From contig CAZKJM010000001.1 of the NCBI GenBank assembly GCA_964553245.1, positions 362,667-426,666 of the forward strand: a stretch of 64,000 nucleotides of DNA. Direction: 5' to 3'. The notes under the pieces were generated by a model, which saw nothing but the letters and a program-made list of their open reading frames with translations, searched no databases and had not been told where the DNA came from. Each line of letters starts with the position of its first letter. Positions within the stretch are counted from its first letter, which is position 1. Source of the stretch: an uncultured Gammaproteobacteria bacterium. Its GTDB lineage: Bacteria; Patescibacteriota; Microgenomatia; Levybacterales; UBA12049. Shown here piece after piece: positions 21,422-31,594 of the stretch. Both the position numbers and the translations under genes were made by a program.

Positions 21422-22216
21422 CTATTGACTAGTAACTAAACCTATTCCTTCTGCTATCTTAGCCTGCCTATCAAATCGCTGAGCTTTGCCTCTTAGCCAT
21501 TCCTTCATCTCTTCTTCAAGTTTAGGAAGTCTTTCTCTGGTTTTTTTATAAACTCCATCATTGTCTTCAACTTTCTTAAACCATTCTGGTTCATCCATAT
21601 CATAAAAAGTTTTGCCATATTTTTCTTTGAACTGCTGACCCCATGTTAAGAAAGTCACTCTAAACTCTGCTCCTTCGATATCATTCATACCATAATGACC
21701 AAATGCAACAACTCCCCAAAGATTTTTAAATAAAGCAAACTGTTCCATTTCCCGAGCCTGTCCTTCATCAAGTACGCCTGGATCTTTTTTCTTAATATCT
21801 ATTCCTAATTGATGAGGAATAGAAGGGTATTTATCGTCTTTGGATACTCCAAGTGTTGGACGAAGATATTCTCTTAACCCTTCGCTAATAATACCTTTTG
21901 CTGCATCTGTTCCTGGATAATAAAAATCTATTAAATCCCCTAATCTTTCGTCCATTGGGTTTTTAGGAGAGTTATAATTATCGTAGCCGCTAAAAGACTT
22001 ATTTATGCCTATCGTCCAAATGTTTCCTCTCAATTGCTTAGGTAATTTCTTACAAAGCTCTACAATTTCTTTCGCTGCCTCTATTGGAGACTGGGGTGTC
22101 TCGTGTATTAATCTTATTGCCCTAGAGGCCTTTTTATAATCAGGGTCGTGCTTTTGAGCTTGCTCTCCTAGCTTAATTGCAATATCTGGTCCTGTAGGTC
22201 TGTCTAATTCTGTCAT
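21422..22216 (-). CDS. Cassette ORFan, 264 aa
   Basis: Long ORF; TTGAAA-16-TATAAT promoter next to the following junction. Confidence 0.75.
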   Translation of the reverse strand: MTELDRPTGPDIAIKLGEQAQKHDPDYKKASRAIRLIHETPQSPIEAAKEIVELCKKLPKQLRGNIWTIGINKSFSGYDNYNSPKNPMDERLGDLIDFYYPGTDAAKGIISEGLREYLRPTLGVSKDDKYPSIPHQLGIDIKKKDPGVLDEGQAREMEQFALFKNLWGVVAFGHYGMNDIEGAEFRVTFLTWGQQFKEKYGKTFYDMDEPEWFKKVEDNDGVYKKTRERLPKLEEEMKEWLRGKAQRFDRQAKIAEGIGLVTSQ

Positions 22217-22265
22217 CTTACTGAGGCAGTTAGCTTATTATAGTTAATAAATATTAAATTTCAAG

Positions 22266-22317
22266 GGCTAAAAACGGAGCTCTGTGTGTCGGTCAAGAAC
22301 CATTTGAGGTCATAGTC
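22266..22317 (+). repeat. Junction: conserved left arm plus type B right arm
   Basis: GGCTAAAAACGGAGCTC TGTGTGTCGGTCAAGAACCATTTGAGGTCATAGTC. Confidence 0.85.
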
Positions 22318-22378
22318 TGTTTTTTCTCCAAAATAAATAAGACGAATGAGACAGTATAAAAATGTCTTAAAAATAAAG

Positions 22379-22407
22379 TTGACATATGCGACTTAGTCGC
22401 ATATAAT
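22379..22407 (+). promoter_or_regulatory. Consensus sigma70 promoter with perfect 10-1-10 operator (putative Zur box)
   Basis: TTGACA-17-TATAAT; ATATGCGACT-T-AGTCGCATAT at 22384-22404. Confidence 0.85.
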
Positions 22408-22413
22408 AACCTT

Positions 22414-22797
22414 ATGAGTTTTCTTCAAAATCAAAAAACGAGAAAAAACGAAACTAAAAAAGAAATTATTGATCTTCTTTCAAAAACAAAAGCTCCTGTT
22501 GATGTAAATTTTATTATTTCAAAAGTTAAGTCTCATCGGGCAACAATTTTTAGATCCCTTAATAAGCTTGTAAATACCGGAGATATAAAAAGGTTAGACT
22601 TTCAAGAAAAAAAAGCCAGATATGAACTCGCCAAAGATCATCATCACCACCTAATATGCGAAAATTGCGGAAAAATTGAGAAAATCTCAAATTGTATTGT
22701 TTCGAACTTGGAAGAAAAGGTCAATAAAGAGAAGAAATTTTTAATAAAGTCTCATTCTCTTGAATTTTTTGGCTTATGCCATAAATGTCATACTTAA
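22414..22797 (+). CDS. zur: Fur-family regulator, Zur by context
   Basis: ATIFR.L, HHHHLICENCG, FFGLCHKC. Confidence 0.85.
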   Translation: MSFLQNQKTRKNETKKEIIDLLSKTKAPVDVNFIISKVKSHRATIFRSLNKLVNTGDIKRLDFQEKKARYELAKDHHHHLICENCGKIEKISNCIVSNLEEKVNKEKKFLIKSHSLEFFGLCHKCHT

Positions 22798-22801
22798 AAC
22801 A

Positions 22802-23794
22802 ATGAAGAAAAATATTCTATTTATTTTTGTAATCTTAATTATTATCGCCGGTTTTTATACTCTGTTTTCATTCTTAAACAAAACTACTACTAATAACTCG
22901 GGAAAAATTGTAATTATAACCACTCTTTTCCCAACTTATGATTTTGCCAAAAATATTGGAGGCGACAAAGTTGATGCTTCTCTACTTTTGCCACCCGGGG
23001 TAGAAGCTCATTCCTTTGAGCCAAAACCAAGCGATGTCACAAGAATTAATCAAGCAAATATTTTTGTTTATACAGGTGAATTCATGGAACCGTGGGCCCA
23101 TGACATTATTGAAGGTGCTAATAAAAAAGTGAGAATAGTTGATGCAAGTACCGGAATTAAACTGTCTGTAGATAATGGCCATGACCATGACCATAATCAT
23201 GAAACGGAAGAGCATAAAGATGAAGAACATTACGCAGAGGAAGAACATCATCATGTCCACAATGGAGTAGATCCTCATATCTGGCTTGATTTCGATAACG
23301 CCATCCAAATGGCAAGTAATATTGAAAAAGCTCTGGAAGAAATTGACCCAAAAAATAAAGCTTATTATCAAGATAATTTAAATAAATACCAACAATCTCT
23401 CTTAGAACTCGATGATACATATAAAGAATCTCTTTCTAATTGTCAGACTAAAACAATCGTATATGGTGGTCATTATGCTTTTGGCTATTTAGCAAAGAAG
23501 TATGGGCTTGAATATGAAGCAGCTCAAGGCTTCTCGCCTGATGCAGAACCAACTGCAAAAGACATGATTTCCCTTATAGAACAAATCAAGAAAAACAACA
23601 TTAAGTACATTTTCTACGAAGAGCTAAGCAGTCCAAAGATTGCGGAAACTTTAGCTAAGGAAACAAGCGCAAAGATGCTTCTTCTAAATGGTGCTCATAA
23701 TTTGTCAAAAGAAGACTATGAAAAAAATACTTCTTATCTAACAATCATGAAAGAAAACCTCGCCAATTTAAAAATTGGGTTAATATGCAATTAA
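22802..23794 (+). CDS. znuA: Zinc ABC transporter substrate-binding protein
   Basis: EAHSFEP, His-rich loop, DPHIWLD. Confidence 0.92.
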   Translation: MKKNILFIFVILIIIAGFYTLFSFLNKTTTNNSGKIVIITTLFPTYDFAKNIGGDKVDASLLLPPGVEAHSFEPKPSDVTRINQANIFVYTGEFMEPWAHDIIEGANKKVRIVDASTGIKLSVDNGHDHDHNHETEEHKDEEHYAEEEHHHVHNGVDPHIWLDFDNAIQMASNIEKALEEIDPKNKAYYQDNLNKYQQSLLELDDTYKESLSNCQTKTIVYGGHYAFGYLAKKYGLEYEAAQGFSPDAEPTAKDMISLIEQIKKNNIKYIFYEELSSPKIAETLAKETSAKMLLLNGAHNLSKEDYEKNTSYLTIMKENLANLKIGLICN

Positions 23795-23817
23795 TGTCTG
23801 CAAAGGAAGTGAAGTAA

Positions 23818-23982
23818 ATGAAGTTTTACAATGTTAAAACAAGACAATTTGTCGGGGTTGATGACAGCAAGGTTGAAGTAATAACCATGAAAAATGGGAA
23901 AAAAGCCGCAAGAGCCATTGTAGATGGCATGAAACTATTTAAAATCATGAGCACAGAAGACGCAGTGAAATTAAGCAAGTAA
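23818..23982 (+). CDS. 54-aa Cys-free DUF5679/Cc1-like small protein
   Basis: AAGGAAGTGA SD; MKFYNVKTRQ...TMKNGKKAARAIVDGMKLFKIM. Confidence 0.7.
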   Translation: MKFYNVKTRQFVGVDDSKVEVITMKNGKKAARAIVDGMKLFKIMSTEDAVKLSK

Positions 23983-24093
23983 CAGTATTTGCCAAATGCC
24001 TTCGTTCGGCATTTTACACAATATATTTTTCAGAGAGTTTTTATAGAAAAGAACTCTCTGAATTTGGTATTATTAGCTATAAATATTAAAATT

Positions 24094-24843
24094 ATGGATA
24101 CTATTTTAAAAGTTAACGATTTATCAATTCGCTATGAACAAACAGAAGCAATTAAAAATGTTTCTTTTGAAGTTAAAAAAGGCGATTTTATTGGACTGGT
24201 AGGGCCGAATGGCGGAGGGAAAACAACATTAGTAAAAGCTATTTTAGGCCTTATTCAATATTCTGGAGAAATTAATCTTCTAAGTAAAACTCAAAAAAAA
24301 TTTAATTCCTTTTCAAAAATCGGCTATTTACCGCAAAAACAAACGAGCGTTAATCCGCTCTTTCCTGCCTCAGTTAAGGAAGTTGTCTTACTTGGATTAT
24401 TGTCAAGCAAGAAATCTTTTAAAAAAATTAATAAAGAAGATCTGCAGAAAACAGAAAATACACTCGAGACGCTTCACATCTCAAAGCTTAAAAATAAAAT
24501 GTTTTCAGATCTTTCAGGAGGCCAACAGCAAAAAGTATTGCTGGCTCGAGCCCTAGTTTCAAATCCGGAAATTTTAATTCTTGATGAACCCTCAACAGCT
24601 CTTGATCCTAAATCAAGAGAGGATTTTTTTTCTCTTGTTGAAAAACTAAATAAAAAAAATAAAACAACAATTATTTTAATTACTCACGATACCGGATATA
24701 TCGGAAAATATGCCAATAAGCTTCTCTATATCGATAATCAGTTAGTATTTTTTGGAGAAATAAAAAAGTTCTGTCCATCTAAAGATGTTAAGACATGTTT
24801 TGAAAAAAGCGATAAGCATATTATTTGGCATCAACATAAATAA
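24094..24843 (+). CDS. znuC: Zinc ABC transporter ATPase
   Basis: GPNGGGKTT, LSGGQQQ, LDEP. Confidence 0.92.
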   Translation: MDTILKVNDLSIRYEQTEAIKNVSFEVKKGDFIGLVGPNGGGKTTLVKAILGLIQYSGEINLLSKTQKKFNSFSKIGYLPQKQTSVNPLFPASVKEVVLLGLLSSKKSFKKINKEDLQKTENTLETLHISKLKNKMFSDLSGGQQQKVLLARALVSNPEILILDEPSTALDPKSREDFFSLVEKLNKKNKTTIILITHDTGYIGKYANKLLYIDNQLVFFGEIKKFCPSKDVKTCFEKSDKHIIWHQHK

Positions 24844-24846
24844 ACT

Positions 24847-25656
24847 ATGGAATTATATCAATTATTTCAATATGCCTTTATTCAAAAAGCTTTTCTAGCT
24901 GGATCATTTATTGCGATTAGCTGTGCTTGTCTTGGTCTTTTCCTTGTACTTAGAAAGATGTCTTTAATAGGAGACGGATTATCGCATGTAAGTTTCGGAG
25001 CAATAGCCCTAGGACTATTTTTTGGCTTATATCCTTTTTACGTTGCAATTCCTCTGGTTATCATGGCTTCTCTTCTAATTCTAAAAATTAGTGAAAAAGC
25101 AAAAATTTATGGAGATTCTGCAATTGGCATCGTATCAGCATTTGGAATTGCAGGGGGAATAATCTTGGCCAGTCTTTCTAATGGATTTAACGTTGATTTA
25201 TTTAGTTATCTTTTTGGAAACATCCTTGCTGTTAGCACAAATGAAGTAATTACTTCTGTCTTCCTTTCATTGGTTGTTCTGATTACAATTTACTTTTTTT
25301 ATTGGGATTTATTCTCTGTCACATTTGATCTTGAGTATGCAAAAACTACCGGAATTAAACCAAATTTTATAAATTCCCTTTTAACCATTCTCACCGCTGT
25401 TGTCGTTGTTTTGTCAATCAAGGTAGTTGGAATCATGCTGGTTTCTGCTCTTTTAATTTTACCTGCAGTCACCGCTTTGCAAATTTCAAAAAAATTCAAA
25501 ACCACTTTGTTTATTAGCTGCATTACATCTTTTATATCGGTATTCTTGGGAATAGCAATTTCGTTTTTAATTGATCTCCCAACAGGGGCTACAATTGTAA
25601 TGATTAACGCTTTTTTCTTTACAACAGCTTTCTTTTCTAAAAGATTACAACGGTAA
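24847..25656 (+). CDS. znuB: Zinc ABC transporter permease
   Basis: GDGLSH, YLFGNIL, LILPA. Confidence 0.92.
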   Translation: MELYQLFQYAFIQKAFLAGSFIAISCACLGLFLVLRKMSLIGDGLSHVSFGAIALGLFFGLYPFYVAIPLVIMASLLILKISEKAKIYGDSAIGIVSAFGIAGGIILASLSNGFNVDLFSYLFGNILAVSTNEVITSVFLSLVVLITIYFFYWDLFSVTFDLEYAKTTGIKPNFINSLLTILTAVVVVLSIKVVGIMLVSALLILPAVTALQISKKFKTTLFISCITSFISVFLGIAISFLIDLPTGATIVMINAFFFTTAFFSKRLQR

Positions 25657-25683
25657 AATTATACTTACCAAAAGATCTACTTT

Positions 25684-25726
25684 TCCTAAAAACGGAGCTC
25701 CGAGGGATAGAGGATGTTAGAACCTA
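25684..25726 (+). repeat. Junction: left arm plus type A arm
   Basis: TCCTAAAAACGGAGCTCCGAGGGATAGAGGATGTTAGAACCTA. Confidence 0.92.
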
Positions 25727-26176
25727 TTTAGGCTTAACATGCCAAGAGGTTTTTATTGCAGGGAGCTCTTCTCGTATAGCTGATAATCTGTTATTAACTT
25801 GATCTGCAGGGGTTTCATCTTTAAATATTTCTGGAAAGATGATTTTTCTTCCACTTGCTGATTCTGAAGTGAAAACTACACGTGACAGAACAGAACCCTT
25901 ACTTTCAATTACTGCATCAACGGATGTTCCACCTTTATCTTTTAAAGCATCTATAAAAGTTCCTAGCGATTTTTTTCTAATAGTAGACTTTCTTACTCTA
26001 TCCATTATCTTGGTAAATTTTCCTCTAGTTAGATCAACAACCTTAACGCTTTCATCCAATCCTTCAACAATTACTTTAGTTCCTTTTGGGGCTTTAAGAA
26101 TTGTTACTTCCGTAACTGTCCCAACAGGATTTCCATACATATCTTCAAGTCCATGTGGCGTTTCAACTAATGGCAT
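25724..26176 (-). CDS. Cassette ORFan, 150 aa
   Basis: TTGACT-17-TATAAT promoter; TAG stop is the last 3 nt of the junction. Confidence 0.75.
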   Translation of the reverse strand: MPLVETPHGLEDMYGNPVGTVTEVTILKAPKGTKVIVEGLDESVKVVDLTRGKFTKIMDRVRKSTIRKKSLGTFIDALKDKGGTSVDAVIESKGSVLSRVVFTSESASGRKIIFPEIFKDETPADQVNNRLSAIREELPAIKTSWHVKPK

Positions 26177-26219
26177 AGTTGGGTGATTATATTGTTCAAA
26201 CAGTAAAAAGTCAAATTGA

Positions 26220-26261
26220 GGCTAAAAACAGAGCTCCGAGGAATGGAGGATGTTAGAACCT
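26220..26261 (+). repeat. Junction: left arm plus type A arm
   Basis: GGCTAAAAACAGAGCTCCGAGGAATGGAGGATGTTAGAACCT. Confidence 0.92.
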
Positions 26262-26596
26262 TATTTTCCTAATTTCGTATTCAAATTTTGTTTTTTTTCA
26301 ACAAAAGCTGTTTTTTTATTTTCCTTCCTAATTGGTCCGTGAACTTCATTTGGAAACATTTCTTGATATACATTATCTAAAACCCTTGGCTTATCTCCTG
26401 TTGCTATATTGGCGATTGCTCTTAAATAATGACTTCCCAAGCCTTGTTCGGTAAAAATTACCCAGCTGTCTTTTTTATAACCGTATCCTTCCAATATTTT
26501 TTGAGCCGCTTCTGGACTCATTCCTGGAATGCCTTTTACCGCTTCTCGTCTCTGTTCTTCAATTGGCCTTGGTGTTTCTTTCGAATCTTCAAGCAT
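26261..26596 (-). CDS. Cassette ORFan, 111 aa
   Basis: TGnTATAAT 6 nt before ATG; stop at junction edge. Confidence 0.7.
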   Translation of the reverse strand: MLEDSKETPRPIEEQRREAVKGIPGMSPEAAQKILEGYGYKKDSWVIFTEQGLGSHYLRAIANIATGDKPRVLDNVYQEMFPNEVHGPIRKENKKTAFVEKKQNLNTKLGK

Positions 26597-26628
26597 AAAC
26601 TGATTATATCAGAAGTTCGAAGCATGAG

Positions 26629-26671
26629 GGCTAAGAATGAAGCTCCGAGGGATGGAGGATATTAGAACCTA
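26629..26671 (+). repeat. Junction: left arm plus type A arm
   Basis: GGCTAAGAATGAAGCTCCGAGGGATGGAGGATATTAGAACCTA. Confidence 0.92.
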
Positions 26672-27306
26672 TTTTTGTGATAAATATTCTCATTGCTGAA
26701 GGAACTCTTGTTAACAACAACACTTCTACGTCCAGATGTATTAATTTTCAAAAGCGTATTAACCTCAATGCCTGTTTCTTCTTTTATTTTATTTAGGCCT
26801 TCTTTTTCTACTCTTTCTGCTATTGCTATTGCTCTTATTATTTTAACATTCATTTGCTGAAGCGTTTTAATCATCGCAGTCATTGTTTTCCCAGAATCTA
26901 TGATATCATCTACGATGACTACCCTATCATTCCCCAAAAGTCCATTAAAATAAAGAGACATGTTCTTATTGTAAGATATTGAAAATTTTACCCCTTTTTC
27001 CCCTGGTATCTTACATGGATTTTGTTTTGCCAAACAAAAAGGAAGATCAACCGCTAAGGCTAAACAGGCAGCGATATATCCTCCCCTTTCTTCTTCTCCA
27101 ACTATCTTGTTTATCCTGTTTAAATCTGTTCCTAAACTATCTATAACCCCATTAATTACCTGCTTCATGATTAAAGGTGTTGTTGAAGGAATATGATCAG
27201 TTAAAGTATTTATTAAATACGTATCCCTTTCATTAATCTTAATTATTTTTTGATTATCGAATGCCTTAATTAAATCTTTCATTAAAATTAAGTAAAGATT
27301 ATACAT
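26662..27306 (-). CDS. Type I phosphoribosyltransferase (Apt/Hpt-like)
   Basis: VVIVDDIIDSGKT PRPP motif; stop lies inside junction. Confidence 0.85.
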   Translation of the reverse strand: MYNLYLILMKDLIKAFDNQKIIKINERDTYLINTLTDHIPSTTPLIMKQVINGVIDSLGTDLNRINKIVGEEERGGYIAACLALAVDLPFCLAKQNPCKIPGEKGVKFSISYNKNMSLYFNGLLGNDRVVIVDDIIDSGKTMTAMIKTLQQMNVKIIRAIAIAERVEKEGLNKIKEETGIEVNTLLKINTSGRRSVVVNKSSFSNENIYHKNRF

Positions 27307-27360
27307 ATAGACTGTGGTTTACGCAAGAATGTATACAGATATTAATAAGATAACCGTTTA

Positions 27361-28566
27361 TTAAATTACTTTTTCAAGCAATATAACACTTTTCCCTTTT
27401 GCTTTTTTTCGAAAAGCTATTCTAATATTCTTACTTTTTGCTATTGTTCCAAAAAGGACAGATATTACCGTTGAACTAGAAGAAAGACACATTAAGCCAT
27501 TATTACTTAATAAATCTGTAAATTGCTGCAGGTATAAACCATATGTTAATATTTTTTGTTTTCTAGGAACAATACCGATAATTAAGTTGAATTGTTTTTT
27601 GGGAATTTTAAATTCAACTTGATGATAAATAAAGGCTTTTATTCCATATTTCTTAAGATTATGTCTTGCGGTAAGTAATGCTAATAAATCCCTATCTACT
27701 AAATGAACTGCATTTCTCTGAAATGCTTTACATGCTACTAATGGAATATATCCTTGTTTTACATTAAAACATATAATTTCATTAGTATTGTTGTTTTTAA
27801 TTTTTTTTATATTATCTATTAATAAGCTTGTTTCGTAGTTTAATTGATCAAACTCAGGCAAATTGTAACTAACATCTAGTTCATATTCACAATCCTCAAA
27901 CCTTAACTTATTTTGCCCACGAAAGAATAATTTCCTCCCAAAAAGAAGTTGCTTTGGTTTCAATAGTCCTTTATGGTTAATAAATTTATAGTGATAAACA
28001 TGATGCCCGGGCCAATTCTGATGGTAAAGTATTGCAATATCGTCGTCTTTTTCTAGGAACTGTGAAACTAGATCATTAATATCATCAATAACCACTATTG
28101 CCATCGTTCCATTTTCCGTTAAATACCTTTTTGCTTCCTTAATCATATGTTTCAGAGTCGCCTTGCCTACTTTAGCTGGAATATTAGAAGTAATTAAATT
28201 AAACTCATTAGTAGCAATTTGCTCATACCCTAAGCTAGGGTAAACCTTAACATTGTCAACATGATTAAGCTTAACGTTTTCCTTGCAGTATTCTATTGCT
28301 AAAGCATCATAATCGACCATATGTACTTCTGCTGACGGACATATTTTTTTTAACACAATTCCTATTGGCCCATAGCCACATCCTAAATCAAGAGCTTTTT
28401 TATAAGAATTTATCTTTTGATAAAGCAGAGACCGGATTAATCTTTGAGTACCATGATCAATGTTCTGTGAACTAAATAAGTCTTGAGATACCTTAAATTT
28501 TAATTCTTGATCAAGAAATTTATATAAAATTGTTTTTTTATAAAATGATTCTGTTATATTCATCAC
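27361..28566 (-). CDS. Two-domain RsmC/MTS-like methyltransferase
   Basis: LFS...ID.GT, LDLGCGYGPIG, SNIP. Confidence 0.8.
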   Translation of the reverse strand: MMNITESFYKKTILYKFLDQELKFKVSQDLFSSQNIDHGTQRLIRSLLYQKINSYKKALDLGCGYGPIGIVLKKICPSAEVHMVDYDALAIEYCKENVKLNHVDNVKVYPSLGYEQIATNEFNLITSNIPAKVGKATLKHMIKEAKRYLTENGTMAIVVIDDINDLVSQFLEKDDDIAILYHQNWPGHHVYHYKFINHKGLLKPKQLLFGRKLFFRGQNKLRFEDCEYELDVSYNLPEFDQLNYETSLLIDNIKKIKNNNTNEIICFNVKQGYIPLVACKAFQRNAVHLVDRDLLALLTARHNLKKYGIKAFIYHQVEFKIPKKQFNLIIGIVPRKQKILTYGLYLQQFTDLLSNNGLMCLSSSSTVISVLFGTIAKSKNIRIAFRKKAKGKSVILLEKVI

Positions 28567-29579
28567 TGGTAGATATCTTTGGAAAATGCCTTCTGTGGGC
28601 TAATGTTTTGGTTATTGTACCACAATATATGGGTTTTTATAATTTGATCTATTTGTGAATGCTTGGTTTTAAAACCTAAAACCCTATTGAGCTTAAAGGG
28701 ATCTGCTATTAAAATTTCGGGATCACCTAGTCTTTTGCCCTTGAATATAATTGATATTTTTTTAGATAAAAGTTTTTCACAGGTTTTAATAACCTCTAGA
28801 TTCGAATACCCCTTGCCTGTACCAACGTTAAAAACATTGAATTTTTTAATTTTTCGAGACAACATTGCTCTAAGTGCAACTACATGAGCTTCTGCTATAT
28901 CGAGAACGTGAACATAATCTCTTATGCATGTTCCATCTTTGGTATTATAATTATTACCAAAGATCAATATGGGTTCTTCGTTTATGGCATTTTTAATAAC
29001 ATTTGGGATAAGATGAGTTTCTTTTTTGTGGTTTTCCCCAAGATTACCATCTAAAGAGGCTCCAGCAACATTAAAAAACCTTAGGCAAGCAACGTTTAAC
29101 GTATCTGATTTTGATACATAACGTAAAAGGTTTTCTGTTTCTAATTTTGTTTCCGCATAAGGATTAATCGGATGAGGAATCATATTCTCATTTATTTTTT
29201 TACTAGAACTATTTCCATATATTGAACAACTAGATGAAAAAATAAAATTTTTAATGTTTGCATTCATACATTCTGAAATTAAAATATAAGATGCTACGGA
29301 ATTATTCTCATAATATTTCATGGGATTCTTATAGGATTCCTCTACCGATGCACAAGCAGCAAAATGCATAATTGCGGAAAACCTATATTTGTTTAAAATC
29401 GTTTTAAGTAAAGCTTTGTCTTGAATTTGCCCTTGATAAAATTCTGCCCTAGAATTGATTGCTGACCTATCGCTATTTTCAAGACTATCAACAACAACCA
29501 CCTTGTAACCAAGATCTATTAATAGCTTCGTAGTGATTGCTCCTATATATCCTGCTCCTCCAGTAACTAAAATGTTCAT
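28563..29579 (-). CDS. galE: UDP-glucose 4-epimerase
   Basis: TGGAGYIG, NPYAETK, DGTCIRDYVHV. Confidence 0.92.
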   Translation of the reverse strand: MNILVTGGAGYIGAITTKLLIDLGYKVVVVDSLENSDRSAINSRAEFYQGQIQDKALLKTILNKYRFSAIMHFAACASVEESYKNPMKYYENNSVASYILISECMNANIKNFIFSSSCSIYGNSSSKKINENMIPHPINPYAETKLETENLLRYVSKSDTLNVACLRFFNVAGASLDGNLGENHKKETHLIPNVIKNAINEEPILIFGNNYNTKDGTCIRDYVHVLDIAEAHVVALRAMLSRKIKKFNVFNVGTGKGYSNLEVIKTCEKLLSKKISIIFKGKRLGDPEILIADPFKLNRVLGFKTKHSQIDQIIKTHILWYNNQNISPQKAFSKDIYQ

Positions 29580-29621
29580 AATGACATAAATTATACTATA
29601 ATACGCGTTAATATCTATATT

Positions 29622-30479
29622 ATGAACAAAAAAGAAAGAATTCTGATAATCGGAGCTTCTGGATTCTTAGGAACATGTCTTTATAATTTTTTTTCAAAGA
29701 AGACGAGCTTTGTCGTAAAAGGAACATATTTCAATAATGAAAACGAGATATTCGAAAAATTAGACATTTTAGATTATGACCAAGTATTAAGAATCGTTAA
29801 ATTGTTTAAACCTACAATAATAATTCATGTGGCAGGAGCTGCTAGGCCTACTTTATTCAAAAACAGACAGAATAATAATTTACATGAACTAAATTACTGT
29901 GGAACAAAGAACATTATTGATTGTGCTAATATCATTAAGGCAAAAATTATTTTTTTTTCATCTTTGTTTGTTTTCAATGCAAATGATAATAATCTTTTCT
30001 CTGAATTGAGCCAAGTTTGTCCTCTTGGTCTTTATGGTAAATCTAAAGCTGAATCTGAAAAATTAATTAAAACAAATAATAAGTATTTAATCATTAGAAC
30101 AGACCTTTTATTTGGTTATAATGGCAAAAAGCTCAATAATGGATTGTTAAATCTAATATTAGACAATAATGACATGCATTTTCCTAAAAATGAGATAAGA
30201 AAGCCTTTATACGTTGATGATTTATGCAGTATAGTAGAAGCTCTAATTAAGCAGAAATATACAGGGATCTTACATATTACAGGAAATCAGCCTATTTCAT
30301 ACTATGATTTTGTAAAAACAATTAGTCTTGAACTTGGTATGAGCCAGAAAATTAAAAATTATAATAGCGAATATCAATCTTTGCCCATTCTAGATACTAA
30401 TAAATTTAAAAATATGAAACACAAAATTTCTTCTATTAGTGAATCAATAAACAAGATTAAGAGGAAAATTAATGTTTAA
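29622..30479 (+). CDS. RmlD-like NDP-sugar reductase
   Basis: GASGFLG, YGKSK. Confidence 0.8.
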   Translation: MNKKERILIIGASGFLGTCLYNFFSKKTSFVVKGTYFNNENEIFEKLDILDYDQVLRIVKLFKPTIIIHVAGAARPTLFKNRQNNNLHELNYCGTKNIIDCANIIKAKIIFFSSLFVFNANDNNLFSELSQVCPLGLYGKSKAESEKLIKTNNKYLIIRTDLLFGYNGKKLNNGLLNLILDNNDMHFPKNEIRKPLYVDDLCSIVEALIKQKYTGILHITGNQPISYYDFVKTISLELGMSQKIKNYNSEYQSLPILDTNKFKNMKHKISSISESINKIKRKINV

Positions 30480-31593
30480 TATGAAAGCATTAACAATAGC
30501 AGAAGCTATAAATAAGCACAATAATGACTATTCAAATTTAGAAAATAAGTTTACTAAAAAATATGGCTTTTCTATCAATCTTGACCCTTTTCATCCACCA
30601 ATATGGGCGAGAAAATCAATAGTAAAATCTATTAGTGTAGTTATTCCTTCTTATAATAGCTCTAACTCAATTGTCACCTGTCTTTATGCTATAGAAAAAA
30701 GTAGCTTTAATTATAAATTCCCAGAAAAATTAGAAGTTATAGTGGTAGATGATGGTTCAACAGATAACACATGGGATAAGCTAATATCACAAAATTATAA
30801 CTTAAACTTAATGTTAATTAAGCAAAAAAACTATGGACAAGCCCAAGCTTTAAATACGGGCATCAGTAAAGCAAAGGGAGAAATTATTGTGTCTTGTGAT
30901 TCTGATATGATTTTATCGTATTACACATTAGAACATTTTTCATTAAGGCACTCAGAATGCCCAAATGCTTTATTTGCTGGCTTTAGGCACGATACTCATG
31001 TTTCTGACGTAAGAGTTGACGAAAACTATATAAAAAGGAACGGGCCGCATAGATACCCAATCTTCATAGCTGACGAAAGGCTTAATTTTCCTCATAAAGA
31101 CTTTTATAGCTCAATGTGTATTAGTACAAATCATTATAAAGATTTTAGAAATGGAAAAAAATTATATATGCCCAATAATAAAGAATGGCTTTTGCCAGAT
31201 CTTGTTTTCGGAGCTTTATTTAGTTTGAGTAAAAATGTTTTTACACAAATAGGTGGCTACGATGAAAGATTTAAGGGCTGGGGGTGCACAGATGGCTTCT
31301 TAGCTGCAAAAGCTATTTCTACTGGAAGTTTTATTATCCCTTTGTATTGTGCATCGGGATTACATATACACCATAAAGACAGAAGCAATAAAAAAAATAG
31401 TGAATTTCAGAATAATAGAAAAAAGTTTTATCGATTTATAAAAAATGATAAAACGAGTCACTATAGAGACTACTTAAAACATGCTTATAGGCGGATAGAG
31501 GAAATAAAACTAATTAAACATGGAAAAAATAATGCAAATAAAGCAGCAAATAAGCATAGAGCCTTAGGTGAAAACATCTTGAAATATAACTAA
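30472..31593 (+). CDS. Glycosyltransferase family 2
   Basis: VVIPSYN, VDDGSTD, DSD, GGYDERF.GWG. Confidence 0.9.
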   Translation: MFNMKALTIAEAINKHNNDYSNLENKFTKKYGFSINLDPFHPPIWARKSIVKSISVVIPSYNSSNSIVTCLYAIEKSSFNYKFPEKLEVIVVDDGSTDNTWDKLISQNYNLNLMLIKQKNYGQAQALNTGISKAKGEIIVSCDSDMILSYYTLEHFSLRHSECPNALFAGFRHDTHVSDVRVDENYIKRNGPHRYPIFIADERLNFPHKDFYSSMCISTNHYKDFRNGKKLYMPNNKEWLLPDLVFGALFSLSKNVFTQIGGYDERFKGWGCTDGFLAAKAISTGSFIIPLYCASGLHIHHKDRSNKKNSEFQNNRKKFYRFIKNDKTSHYRDYLKHAYRRIEEIKLIKHGKNNANKAANKHRALGENILKYN

Positions 31594-31594
31594 T

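Noticed and set aside
23176-23260. His/Asp/Glu-rich repeat
   Set aside because: Normal ZnuA metal-binding loop.
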